A DNA stretch of 62,275 bases, filler included, from Choristocarpus tenellus KU-1152 (lineage: Eukaryota; Protista; Phaeophyceae): assembly GCA_964200185.2 (NCBI GenBank). It is 11 parts of 11 records of this genome, joined end to end, with 100 filler letters (N's around TTAATTAATTAA, not from the genome) between each part and the next. Parts side by side here need not be neighbours in the genome. Positions count along the whole stretch, not along the records: positions 40,517 to 47,151 come from CAXNAD020007698.1; positions 47,252 to 53,282 come from CAXNAD020009121.1; positions 53,383 to 59,188 come from CAXNAD020009708.1; 8 more parts are not named here. One strand, given 5' to 3'. This document shows positions 42,879 to 54,232 of this stretch, piece after piece. Position 1 is the stretch's first letter; every line of letters begins with the position of its first letter. Below the pieces are notes generated by a model. That model was not told the origin of the DNA. It ran no database searches and saw nothing but the letters and a program-made list of their open reading frames with translations. The position numbers and the translations under genes are program-made.

Positions 42879-43116
42879 GTACAGTCGTATCTTAGAGGGT
42901 AGAAAATCTAATGTTGCGATTTTGATATTATTTTGGCTATCGTGTTTGTTAGGAAGTGTCAATATCCATGTTCAGGAGACACCTTTTCATAACGTATACA
43001 TTTTACCTATTCGTAAACATTTTGGAGTAGGAAAATGTCATAGTAAAACCCGTGGGAAGCCAAGCCCCAAATGGACAAACAGGGAAAAACCCGTACCCTC
43101 TAAGATACTTTCACTC
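42879..43116 (-). mobile_element. MITE family A with small internal deletion, TSD TAAT
   Basis: TAAT at 42875-42878 and 43117-43120; left terminus degenerate. Confidence 0.8.
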
Positions 43117-43598
43117 TAATCGCACATACACAACTCTCTATTGACCACACACCGTCCGTGCACACTTGCAATCATCGCCCTCCATTTTTAATAAGTCTAC
43201 CAATCGGTAAACTCGCGCAAAACTCCAAGTTATCATTTCCTTCTCTCACATTAACGCCTGTCATTTACCAAACAATTGTCATAGGAACAGATAGCACATA
43301 TATGACGTGCGCGGTCCCCCCCACCCACAACAACCGGCCTCTACTTCCCACTGGAGACAGACTCACCCCTCCCGCCCCTTGCCAACCCATACACTAGACA
43401 TGCAATAAATATCGTTGACCCATTACATCAAATCCATGCGTACCCTTCTCGTCGACACCATGTGCGATGTGCTAATTGCATATCGCACTTCTCATTCGAC
43501 CACACACCGTCCGTGCACACTTGCAATCATCGCCCTCCATTTTTAATAAGTCTACCAATCGGTAAACTCGCGCAAAACTCCAAATTATTGTTTTCTTT

Positions 43599-43856
43599 GA
43601 GCCAAAGCATCTTGGAGGGTAGAGCCACTTCCATTTGGGGGCCAAAATCCAATATTGCGATTTTGATGTAATTTTGGCTATCATGTTTGTTAGGAGGTAT
43701 CAATGTCCTTGTTCCGTACACATATTTTCATAACGTATACATTTTACCTACTCCACAATATTTTGGAGAAGGAAAATGTCATAAAAACCCTAAGGGAAGT
43801 TAAGCCCCAAATGGACAAACAGGGCAAAACTCGTATCCTCTAAGATACTTTCACCC
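43599..43856 (-). mobile_element. MITE family A, full length
   Basis: GAGCCAAAGCATCTT...AAGATACTTTCACCC; TTT on both flanks. Confidence 0.88.
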
Positions 43857-43903
43857 TTTCATGTATCAACATCGGCCATGTACCCATCGCTTGTTGCAGA
43901 AAT

Positions 43904-44159
43904 TAGTCAAATTATCTTAGAGGGTAGAGCTGCGTCCGTTTGTGGGTCAAAATCCAATGTTGCGATTTTGGTGTAATTTTGGCTATTGTGTTTGTTAGGA
44001 AGTATCAATATCCTTGTTCCGAACACACCTTTTCATAACATATAAATTTTACCTACTCTGAAACATATCGGAGTAGGAAAATGTCATATTAAACCCGTGG
44101 GAAGACACGCCCCAAATGGACAAGCAGGGCAATATATACCCTCTAAGATACTTTCACTT
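43904..44159 (-). mobile_element. MITE family A, full length
   Basis: TAGTCAAATTATCTTAGAGGGTA...TACCCTCTAAGATACTTTCACTT; AAT on both flanks. Confidence 0.88.
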
Positions 44160-47067
44160 AATACATAGCACATATACTACATACATGATTCCCCCCACTC
44201 ACAATATCGATCCCTGTTTCCCACTGGCGACAGACTGCCCCCTCCCGCCCCTTGCTAACCCATACAATAAACACACAATAGATATTGTTGACCCATTATG
44301 TCGCATCCTTGCCTTCCCTTTACGTAGATACCACGCGCGACATGGTCATCGCACATACACACTTCTTAATCGACCACTCACCATCCGTGCACACTTACAA
44401 TCACCTCGCCCTCTATTTTCCAGAAGTCTGCCAAGCGCCAAACTAACCCAAAACTCCAAGTTCTCGTTTTCATCACATATTGACACCTGTCATTTACCAA
44501 ACACTTGTTCCAGGAATAGGTAGCACAAATTAATCCAAAGAAATGCCATCACATCGAATCGGTTACAGGATGCCGCCACAGTACCAACAATGACTCCAAC
44601 ACATACCACCCCTCCCCTTATACGCACAATCACCACAACCTTTAGAAATGGACGGACTGGGACGGCAGACAGCACAGTAACACGTCTATGAAACTTCTAT
44701 ACATCGACATGTCTCGAACACAGGAGATAGTCCACCTCCCGGCTCACAAGATTGACCGCACTGGACAACATGACCCACGTGTCCCAAACCTCAGTGGCAT
44801 CAAGTCCATGCACAGATTCTTCACTGCTCGGCTCACCAACGGAGAGTCCCGTATATTGATATACACTGAACTGTCGTGCTACAGCACGAACTGTTCCATC
44901 AGCAACCTGGCCCAATACAGGTGGCAACTAACCCACGTGCCCCCACTTAAGTAGATAGACCTCGGATTTTCCACGGAAACAGGAACGGGCAATATGTATC
45001 TGAGAAGCCAGCTGTCGAGGAAGAAGAGACAGCTCGCTGAGGGGAACATATGCATTGTGCGGACGCAGCCATCGGAGTACAATGGTATAGAGTTCTTGCC
45101 GTTCACTGTCCACCGCAAGGACACGATTGAACGGAACACCAGGCACTACTCCAGCTACGGAGGGATGTTCAATGCTGGAGATGAGGTCGTCTTTGTCACT
45201 GAAGACTTCGAGGTGCTGAGTGCTAGCTTTGTTGATGGAGTGCCAACTATTCGCATGTCACGAACGGTAAAGGTGAGAAACGTTTCTTATTGTTACTAAG
45301 AGAGCAATGCTCCACAGGAATGATTCCACGCTGTCCATATACAGATGTTACATATCCCCTAATATCCCCTCACATCCAAATAAAATCCTCCCATAACATC
45401 CAACCCTGGCATCCAAACCAGTGTCATATTCTTTCTCCTACTCTACAACCGCAAACGCCTACTTTCACGGAATATTTAAAAGTTCCGTAGGGCAAATAAG
45501 CGTATCCCATTCCTTCATTTCGCTGTCTATGTGTGTCCCCTATTCTACATAAAACTCTCCATTCCTCAAAACCAAAACAAGCAAGACGACTATACAATCA
45601 AACAAGGCCATCACGCGCAAACACATACCAATAGTCCAACACATCAACACAGCCCCTGCAACGAACATCTTTGCGTTGATGCAGGAGGCATTAACAGATC
45701 CCCGCGTCATGCCCCTTCAGGCTATCATCATCCCAGAATTCACAGACACCCACCACAACCACCTGGACAAATTCGCGATCCTGCCTGGTCAATACCAGGT
45801 GCGATACCTGCTCGCATCTCAAGGCAACTTAGACTTGGGGACACATCCGACGCCAGGTTCAGTCAAGGAACCACCTTCATCCTATGCGCGAGTGGGGGGT
45901 CTATCGTACAGGGGAAGGTCAGCGATGCTCACGTGGACGGTTCAGGGGGGTACATTTACTCAGTGCCGCCCTACCTTCCGGATGATGGCGAAAAATCCTT
46001 GCATCCTCACCTGAGGTCCTACATGACAGAGCACGAGATAGACGAGGGTGTCGACCAAATTCGGGAGAAGAACGAGAGGGACAATGCGGAGGCTGCAGCC
46101 CAGCATGTCAGACAACGGCGCCGGTCGATGGTTGACCGCCAGCGGAAGCGCATTGACATGGAGAAGGATATGGAGAAATATATACTCCTTGCTGTGTCGG
46201 ATTTAGATGATGGAGAAACACTCAATGCAGGTGCTAAGGGCAGAGGACTACACTTCAGATGGGACGATCAGTGGATGCGAGAGACCGTGACCAAGTATCG
46301 ACCCCACTACACAGTGAAAATTGGAGATGAGCGAGTCAACTACCCCTACGAGGCTAAATGAGAGAATGGCAAATTGCGAAATATCCAGCTTCTTGTCGAA
46401 TGATACAGTATAGACCAAGACGCTCCTGCACTTGCCTCGTTCTGAACAAGTCCCACTCTGCCCCCATACTGATGAGAGACACGACTTTGAGGAGCAACCT
46501 AGGCCAATTCCTGATCGTGAATCACCCTCTACGTCGCCAATCAGACACAAGCCTCGACAGAGATGTTGTACTGGAGAGGTCGGACGATCTCTAAATCAAC
46601 ACTAACATACATTTCGTATATTAATCCCTCATATCTTCCTGATTAGTTTGTGTCTGTGTGTCCTCATACGCATGCTTTTATTGACCCGATGGCAACCTGG
46701 AATTCATCACAATTAGGTGCGTTCTGCCACTATCCTCTAACACTGTTTCTGACACGTTCCAATCTTTTTTCCTCCCCTCTTTGCGTTGATCGGACCACAG
46801 AGCAATGGACAGAATGCTTGCTAAACCTAACAAGACGCAGAAGAATCTCGTACTCTGTACCACCATCTTCAGGACAAGTCGACATGTTCACAACAGATGA
46901 GCCCTCTTCCACACCCAATCCAAACGGTGGCAACCATCCCAGCTCCAAACTATGAACCCAACGGCAACTTCCCTAAGCCACAATAACATAGTCTACACCT
47001 ACTCAAGCACCAAGGGTAGGTCCTAAATGCTTTATAGTCCAAAATACATCATACGAGGACGGTGGCT

Positions 47068-47151
47068 GGGTCAAAGTATCTTGGGTGGTGGTGGTTTGTG
47101 AGGGGGCATCCGGACCGAAGCGGACGCCCCATCACAAACCAACCCCCCCCC
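47068..47151. mobile_element. Family D minimal fold-back element (two TIRs with an 8-nt spacer), truncated at contig end
   Basis: GGTTTGTGAGGGGGCATCCG-GACCGAAG-CGGACGCCCCATCACAAACC followed by a C-run. Confidence 0.75.
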
Positions 47152-47251
47152 NNNNNNNNNNNNNNNNNNNNNNNNNNNNNNNNNNNNNNNNNNNNTTAAT
47201 TAATTAANNNNNNNNNNNNNNNNNNNNNNNNNNNNNNNNNNNNNNNNNNNN
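47152..47251. other. Artificial contig linker
   Basis: N44-TTAATTAATTAA-N44. Confidence 0.98.
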
Positions 47252-47943
47252 TAGATATCTTATGAGCATGACACGCCGTAGCATGTGGAGGGGTGGGAGT
47301 GGGTGCAGGGTTACCCCTTCCTACATGTAGACAACAAATACCAAGATGACCTCTTGTTTTGCTATTGACCGCGTTAAGTAAGAGGAGAACAACATGCTAC
47401 CTTGTTTCATGTGGTAGTTTGTTGGATACGTAGAACTGAAACATACAGGTGTTTGTAAGCTTCTATGCTCACATGCTGCAGCTCGTTCTTACCATGTTTC
47501 TATTAGAGAAGTCTAGTGGCCTACAAATGACTTACAAAATCCACTCCCCCAGCCCACCTGATCCATTTTCAGAGCGGGCATTCTTCGTTGAATTTTTTCT
47601 GCTTTTTAATCTTGATAATATGGAGGGGGGCAACACACATGGAAAGTACATCTATGAAATGCAGTGAACCTTTGCCTCCGATCCCTTCTCCACATTGGTG
47701 TGTTTATACAACATTGGTTTGATTGTTAGATCGGCAAGTGACGTTTCATGTGTAATACCTCCAGTCCTCCTGCCTTGACTCCTCCTTGATATATCTGTAT
47801 TGACACCCTTTTTCTCTTTTTTCCTATCTTTTCTGTGAGCAAGGATTTAGGAAGTCTCTTTTAAGTTGTTATTTTGTGTTTTCTCTCTCTATCTCTTGCT
47901 CTCTATCTCTGTCTGTGGGGACATGTGCACATCTGTGCAACAG

Positions 47944-49440
47944 GTGGTCAATGGGCATCGGAGATTTTGGGAATGAGACAGTCAGTTTCAGTATCAATGA
48001 TAATTCAAATGGGAATAGTGGTGCAGCAGATCTTAGGAGCGACAGTGAGGTTGGATATGCTGTTAAGGTCAGGGAAGATTCGCCATCCCCATCCTCGGAA
48101 TACCTTGCAAGGTCGGGGGAAATTGGAGTGGGAAGGGGTGTGGGGGAAGGGTCTCGGACATGGACGGGAGGCATTGCAGTGTTAGCAGGGGAGGTGGCAA
48201 TGGGAACGGAGAGGACAGGAGCTGGGGCAGGGGCAGAGATATTGACCTGGTCAGAGGGGATGCATAGGACAGAGGGGGGCAAGAGATTTCGGCGCTTGCC
48301 GAAAAGAGTGAAAGATGGTGGGTGCAGTTATAGCTCTGTTGGTGGGGGGAAGGGGGTAGACTCTATAGGAAGGGGAGGGATTAATGTGGGAGTTTGTGAC
48401 CGCTGTGGCAAGAATTTTGGAAGCATAGGTAGTGATAATTGTGGCTGCAGCAGGAGTGGTTATGGCATTGATAATAGTAGCAGTGGCAGTGGTGGTGAAG
48501 GACAGGGGTCTTTTGCTTCAGGCTTCACTAACAAAGATGACAAAGAGTTTCCGACCACTGGGACTGAAAGGGGGTGCAGTAAAGTGAGTCTGAAGGAGAG
48601 TGGCAACATGCGCTGGGTGCATGGTGGGGATGGTGCTGTTGACAGAGGTGTCTACATGTCAGAGGGGAGTTCAGGGGGTAGTGCTCGCACCAATACCAAA
48701 CGTCTAGCAACAGCTCTGGCTCCGGTTCAGGCACCAGCGTTGACTGTGCAGCCCCTGGTGGAAGACGATGATGAGCCACAGTTGGTTAGCCTTGAAAACC
48801 AAACTGTTTCAGTACTCACAGGCCTGTGGCAAAGACAAGCAGGTGAAGAAGCAGAGTCAGAGTGTTTTGTGGCTGACCGCCTGCTGGAGCCGACTCAGTT
48901 GGTAACACGTGACTGTTTGCATGGGGAAAGGACTGCTGGGAGTGGCAGTGGTGGCGCTGGGAACGTTGAAGGGAATGGGGAGGGGTCTATCGCAGGGGAG
49001 GGCAAGGTGGTTGGGGAGGAGAATTTCTACACGGGAAAGACTTTGGAGCCAAGGCCACCGCCTGGATGGGGCTATGTCGGCCACCACCATGCGGTGAACT
49101 CTTCATGTTCCTGCTCTTCATCCACCCTGGAAATGAATGAAGGCAGTGAAAATAGTTGTGATATGACAGGAATGGAGGGTGCAAGGGCTGGGGCAGGAGC
49201 GGGGGCGGGGGTGGGGGCAAGGGGGGAGTTGTCTGAGACAGATGATGAAAGTCATGAGGTGCCCCATGAGTCAATGGAGAAGTTCTTTACTGCATTGCCC
49301 CGACATAAGTCTTGTTCTGAGCCGCCATCACCCTCACCATCTTCCTACGATATTGGGTCTGTGGATCCAAACCACTCCGAGGGTCTCATGGCACGAGTGC
49401 GGAGTGCTAATTGCCTGCCACAAATGGGGTCCTGGGGATG
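47944..49440 (+). CDS. Large internal exon of an unidentified Gly/Ser/Glu-rich, probably disordered protein
   Basis: About 500-codon open frame bounded by acceptor AACAG (47943) and donor GTGAGA (49441). No recognisable domain. Confidence 0.65.
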
Positions 49441-52400
49441 GTGAGAAGTATGAGTTTTGGGTTTAGGGGGGTAGGGGTTCTGGTGGGGGAGAGGGGGGAG
49501 GTGGATTGGCGTTAGTTGGGGGGTAGCATTTAAGTGGCGGATGCAACACATACTCTACTGTTGTGCAAGATTTATGAGAATACAGTATTGGGAGGGAAGA
49601 ACCCAACTTTTGTCTGTGTTTCTCTTAGCCATGACCTGGCCACTGGCTGGAAGTGCTTCATTGGGAGGCAAGCATGGCATGCAAATATCATGGTGTCTTG
49701 GTTTCGTTTGAGGATTGTTTGAGGATTGTTTGAGGATGGAATCTTCCGTTGAAGAGGGCAAGGGTAAGTTCAGGCAGGGAGGTGGAGTTAACTGTTTTGT
49801 TGATAGATACACTCTTCCATATATTCGAGGAAGGGTACAAGTCATTTGGAACACGTCTTGTATTTTATTCCATGGATGGTGGTGGGGTTGATGGACAACT
49901 TGATTTTGTGTTGTGTTGTTACATTGTTACATATGTAATGGGAATGTCTGGTTGTGTGATGTGTGATGTGTGATGTGTGTTGTGAATGTTATTTATTTGT
50001 GTGTTACTGTGCCAATATGTGTCTTGTTTATTTATTGGTGTGTAATCTATACCTTTGGATGCCTTCTTTTTGGGGGGGGAGTGGGAGGGGTAGTGGGAGA
50101 GGTGGATAGAGGGAGATGGGTGGGAGTTTTTAATCTCTTTTAACTTTCTTTCTACTTTTCTGGCTACTGCCTGCCTACACGGAAGAAGATGCTGTGCTTT
50201 TGTTTGATTTTAGCTGATAAAGCTCTGACTCATCATCGTTTCTCACAGTTGCTCACTGTTCTAGAGCTCTAGTCTAAGTAAGACCTTGTTGTTGATAGAA
50301 ACTTCTGTTGAGTAGGATGGTGGACGGTAACACCTTTTTGTGCAAGCAGAGTATTGTCGAGGATTTTTTTTTTGGAAAATGGTAAAATCCGTCCGTATTG
50401 ATTGTCCGTATTGATTGTCGAGGACAGCGTCTGTATCTAGTTGGTCATGTGTGAAATCTATTTGCTCTACTTTCTTTGCTTACCAAAGACGAGATTAACT
50501 TGTTCAGAAAAAAAAACTTTTTTCCTGTTTGGCTCATCCATAAGTGAGTATGTGAGCTTTTTGTTTTAAAAAAATGGGGCTACTCTTTACCACCAACAAC
50601 ATTGTAGTGACTAGTTGCCAGGGCTGTTGCAGATACCCCAAGAACATTTTGACTCTGGTGTTGAGGATGTAAGGATATCAAGACCGCTTGCCAGGATTGC
50701 TCTTCCTGTTGTGTGACATACTGTGTGTGTTTCCCTCTTACGCCCTGTACCTGCTACTAAGAGCAAATGACATGACACTGCTTATTGCGTGATACTTGCA
50801 AGTTGTGTTTTGAGGCTCAAACGATTCCAACTACGTTTCCAAATCTCTCAGATTGTGGGATATATGTAGAGAGTTCATAATATTGATGCAGGCATTTTCC
50901 GGCTTGGTGTAAATTATGCTTTTGCTTGTCTGGTGATTTGACTTTTTTTAGCCTTCCGAAACAGAGACACAGTGAATTAGTGGTGGTTTTTGAGTTGATT
51001 TGTGCATTGGTGTGTTTTGACTGGCTTGGTGTTTTCAATGAAAAGGATGCTTGTGGGTGAATGTGTAGTAGTTAAGGCAGTTAGGTATTGAAATGTTCAT
51101 CACAGAAGGGGAAGTAATGGCTGACAAGAAGAAAAGCAACATGCACTTTGGAGTACATTTTAGAGAGGTGAAGAAGACTTGTTTGTTTGTGTCATTATTA
51201 CTGTGTGATGTTAATTCATTTGTAATATTCAATTGCAACACATATTATGTTGCTACTTTGTATAGGATGTGTTGATTGTGTACTACTAATAATGGTAAGT
51301 ACGAAGCATACCTTACTGCTAACCCCCCAACATTTTTTGTTGAAGTGTCTAATTCTAGTCCTGGAAGCAAATATAGCATTTATGCATCTATGTGTATATT
51401 ATGTATCTGGAGCTCTAGTTCCACAGTAATAGTAGTAGTATTGATGGGTAGCGCAGGGTCTTCAGAGTAACCAATCCCATGGAATTTTTTATTTATTTGA
51501 GGACCCCGTCTGAACTGCGGTCCACTTCTCTACTCTCGACACTTGAGTGCTCTTCTTGTCCAACACTGCTTGCCTTCTCAACTAGAGTTTTGTCTTGTTC
51601 CATCTGGTCAGTCACTTTCCTTCACCACCCTTGTCCGACTCAACCACCCCGCCACAGAATGACAACACAATTCACAAATGGATGACTTCCTTCATGTTAA
51701 GGGCTGAATGAATCGTGACTGGAAAAACTCTAGGGTAACATTGCATACTAGTAACAATGCGTACTAGTAAGAGTATTAGCATTCCTGTTGGGGTTTACCT
51801 TGTCCGAGGTAGGTGTGAAACCAACACAGGGAGTAGCTCAAAAGATGAACACAAGTGAGAAGAGAGAATCAGAAATCCATCACCTCTGCACACCCTCCTC
51901 ATCATGGTGTCATCAGCCATGGGTTCTCCTATCAAGCACCCCCACACCTTCCTCACTCCATCCATCACACAGAGTGAACACATACTTTCAAGTCAGGAGT
52001 GCGTGCCTTTCACCAACATGCCATGCGTGCCCAAAGACACTATGATCATGTTGCCAGTAGTCGCTACCACCCTACACTTCCACCATCTGTTCAATCAGGT
52101 TCCTCGCTCACAACCAAAGCACTAACACAGATGTGTCACCACCTACTTCCCCCTGTGTCCTTCCCACTCAGAAATGATGTGGTGGAGTGGCTGACTACAA
52201 CACCTGGATGTTTGTACACTATGTTTCATCGAATGCAGTGAGTTAGCCAAAGGGAGGAGGCATCAGTCCCATAGCCGAGATCAACAGACACAGAGAGACA
52301 CTAAGAAAAAAGTTATCATAGAAAACAAAAAAAACTGAGGAAAGAGGAGATATGTAAACATATTCTTGTAAATATATTTTTGACGTATCCTGATGCGTTA

Positions 52401-53241
52401 CTACACAAAGCGCTACCGTCACTATACAGTTACACTTCCTACCCTGCACTGGGTATGTAACAACACCTCTTCTGTGGCATTGCTAATACACTGTGTCTCA
52501 AGGAAGACTTCACACATCCACATCACAACCCAATACCGGCCCTAACCCTCATTGCAGGAGTAGCCACTACTAGTGGCATGAACAAATGAAAGACACAAGA
52601 GAGCAACCAATTGCCAGATTTCAAACTACAACTTCAGTGTATGGTGAAGCTGAGGTGACAACAAATGTGTGAGCTTTTGCCTCAGCTCAATCTCATTGTG
52701 TCAGAGTAGCAAGGAACTACCCAACATTCAAAGTTTTGCCAAACACTCGTTGAAGGCGTTATCTGTTATTGCACACCTTGCATGTACACACACACTCACA
52801 CAAACACCTACACACACTAAGCACACCACAAAACGGAGTATTCCAACAAAGAGACCATTACTAGCCACGCAGAGCAGAATTAGTACTCAGCACGATCTTC
52901 AACACAGACAAAGGCCACAACAGGCATACATAGACACACTCACTACATGCACCCCCACAGTGGACATCTACAATTCCACTAGCTAGCAACAAACATGCAC
53001 ACAAGAACAAAGCACCCCAACAGACTCGGCAGATTAACACCAAAGGGTGGGTCTACTATCACTCTTCCAAGAATTTGAACCAACACTCTGCTTCCCATCT
53101 GGAGCTGCTGCACTCCATATTGGTAGAAGAAAGTCAACCAATCCATTCCAAGAAAGTCAACCAACAATACCGTGAGAGCAAGCACACAATCAGTGCATCA
53201 CATACTAAGATCACCTCTCGATCTTCATACCCCAGCTGGAG

Positions 53242-53282
<41 letters not shown>

Positions 53283-53382
53283 NNNNNNNNNNNNNNNNNN
53301 NNNNNNNNNNNNNNNNNNNNNNNNNNTTAATTAATTAANNNNNNNNNNNNNNNNNNNNNNNNNNNNNNNNNNNNNNNNNNNN
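53283..53382. other. Artificial contig linker
   Basis: N44-TTAATTAATTAA-N44. Confidence 0.98.
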
Positions 53383-53408
53383 CCCCCCCCCCCCAGATAC
53401 TTTGACCC
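53383..53408 (+). mobile_element. Family B/D right TIR at contig start
   Basis: C-run + AGATACTTTGACCC. Confidence 0.7.
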
Positions 53409-53461
53409 GACTTGGGCATTGTCAGAGGGGGTGCTGAGGGTAGTCTATACAACATGGCGTC

Positions 53462-53601
53462 GAGCCAAAGCGAATGAGAGGTAACCCAAGTTGCGCTTTG
53501 GGGACGCTGACAACAAAAATCTTGTGCATTTTTTATTCTTTTTTGTACAAAAATAATATTGGATAGGGAATTAATTTTCTGAATTCTATCGAAAATTAAT
53601 T

Positions 53602-53650
<49 letters not shown>

Positions 53651-53780
53651 TCAGCACTCTCAAGATAACATTGTCCCCTTCAACCATAGAAACATGGGTG
53701 AATTGCAGAAGATGAAAAGATGCGGCTCATAATGCAAAACAGCCGAATCCTGGCTGGGTATCTTCCATTTAATTTGGCCC
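53462..53780 (+). mobile_element. MITE family C with internal (GA)n expansion
   Basis: GAGCCAAAGCGAATGAGAGGTAACCC...GGGTATCTTCCATTTAATTTGGCCC; (GA)n at about 53605-53650. Confidence 0.75.
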
Positions 53781-54232
53781 ATTGTCTACCTCAAACTTAG
53801 GGCTAGGGTTATAGTAGCGTAGTCTGTTTGTCTGCCAAAATGAAGTCCAAGGCATATATCACAAGAACAATGCCAATGCATCTGTGTGGTTGTTGTATTG
53901 AAGAATACAATTTAGCAAATTGTTGTTTGAAAAATATGAGTCACACATCAGGTGGCAGGGTTAGGTATAGGGTTAGGGTTTGACATGTGCACCTCTGTTG
54001 CACTTCTCTTGAGTCGGTTCTGTAGGTTGTGTGGTGTGTTCATTTCCAGCTGTCGACTACCTCGCCCTCCCCGCACCCATGCCTACCACACTCCTCTGAA
54101 GTCCTTGCTGGTACAAGTTTAACCCCAGGAATATGAATGTCAAATGTGACCATTTTAATAGGTGCGCTCTTCTCCACTATGTTTCAAGTAGTATGTATAT
54201 GCACACACATTTTTTTGACATTTAGGTCACAC

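Larger units (their letters stand above)
42851..44530 (+). repeat. Diverged tandem triplication of an about 355-bp unit, carrying three independent MITE A insertions
   Basis: The anchor CCGTGCACACTT recurs at about 43156, 43511 and 44385. Spacing is 355 bp, and about 354 bp after removing two MITEs. Confidence 0.85.
42547..46361 (+). pseudogene. Decayed intron-containing ORF with a Sola2-type transposase C-terminal signature; catalytic core not found
   Basis: Exon-like blocks 42547-42834, 44646-45272 (in-frame TAG at 44952) and 45685-46361 (frameshift near 45840). The middle block reads IVHLPAHKIDR...VPNLSGIKSMHRF...IYTELSCYSTNC, resembling the I.R....GT(R/K)..H....R.LSC.C..C segment that follows the HGK..DG motif in Sola2-like transposases. 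Confidence 0.5.

Noticed and set aside
52979-53185. DFLGMDWL resembling the Ty3/gypsy protease LGMDWL motif
   Set aside because: It overlaps a local 15-bp direct repeat, and no DTG/DSG or RT motif was found nearby.
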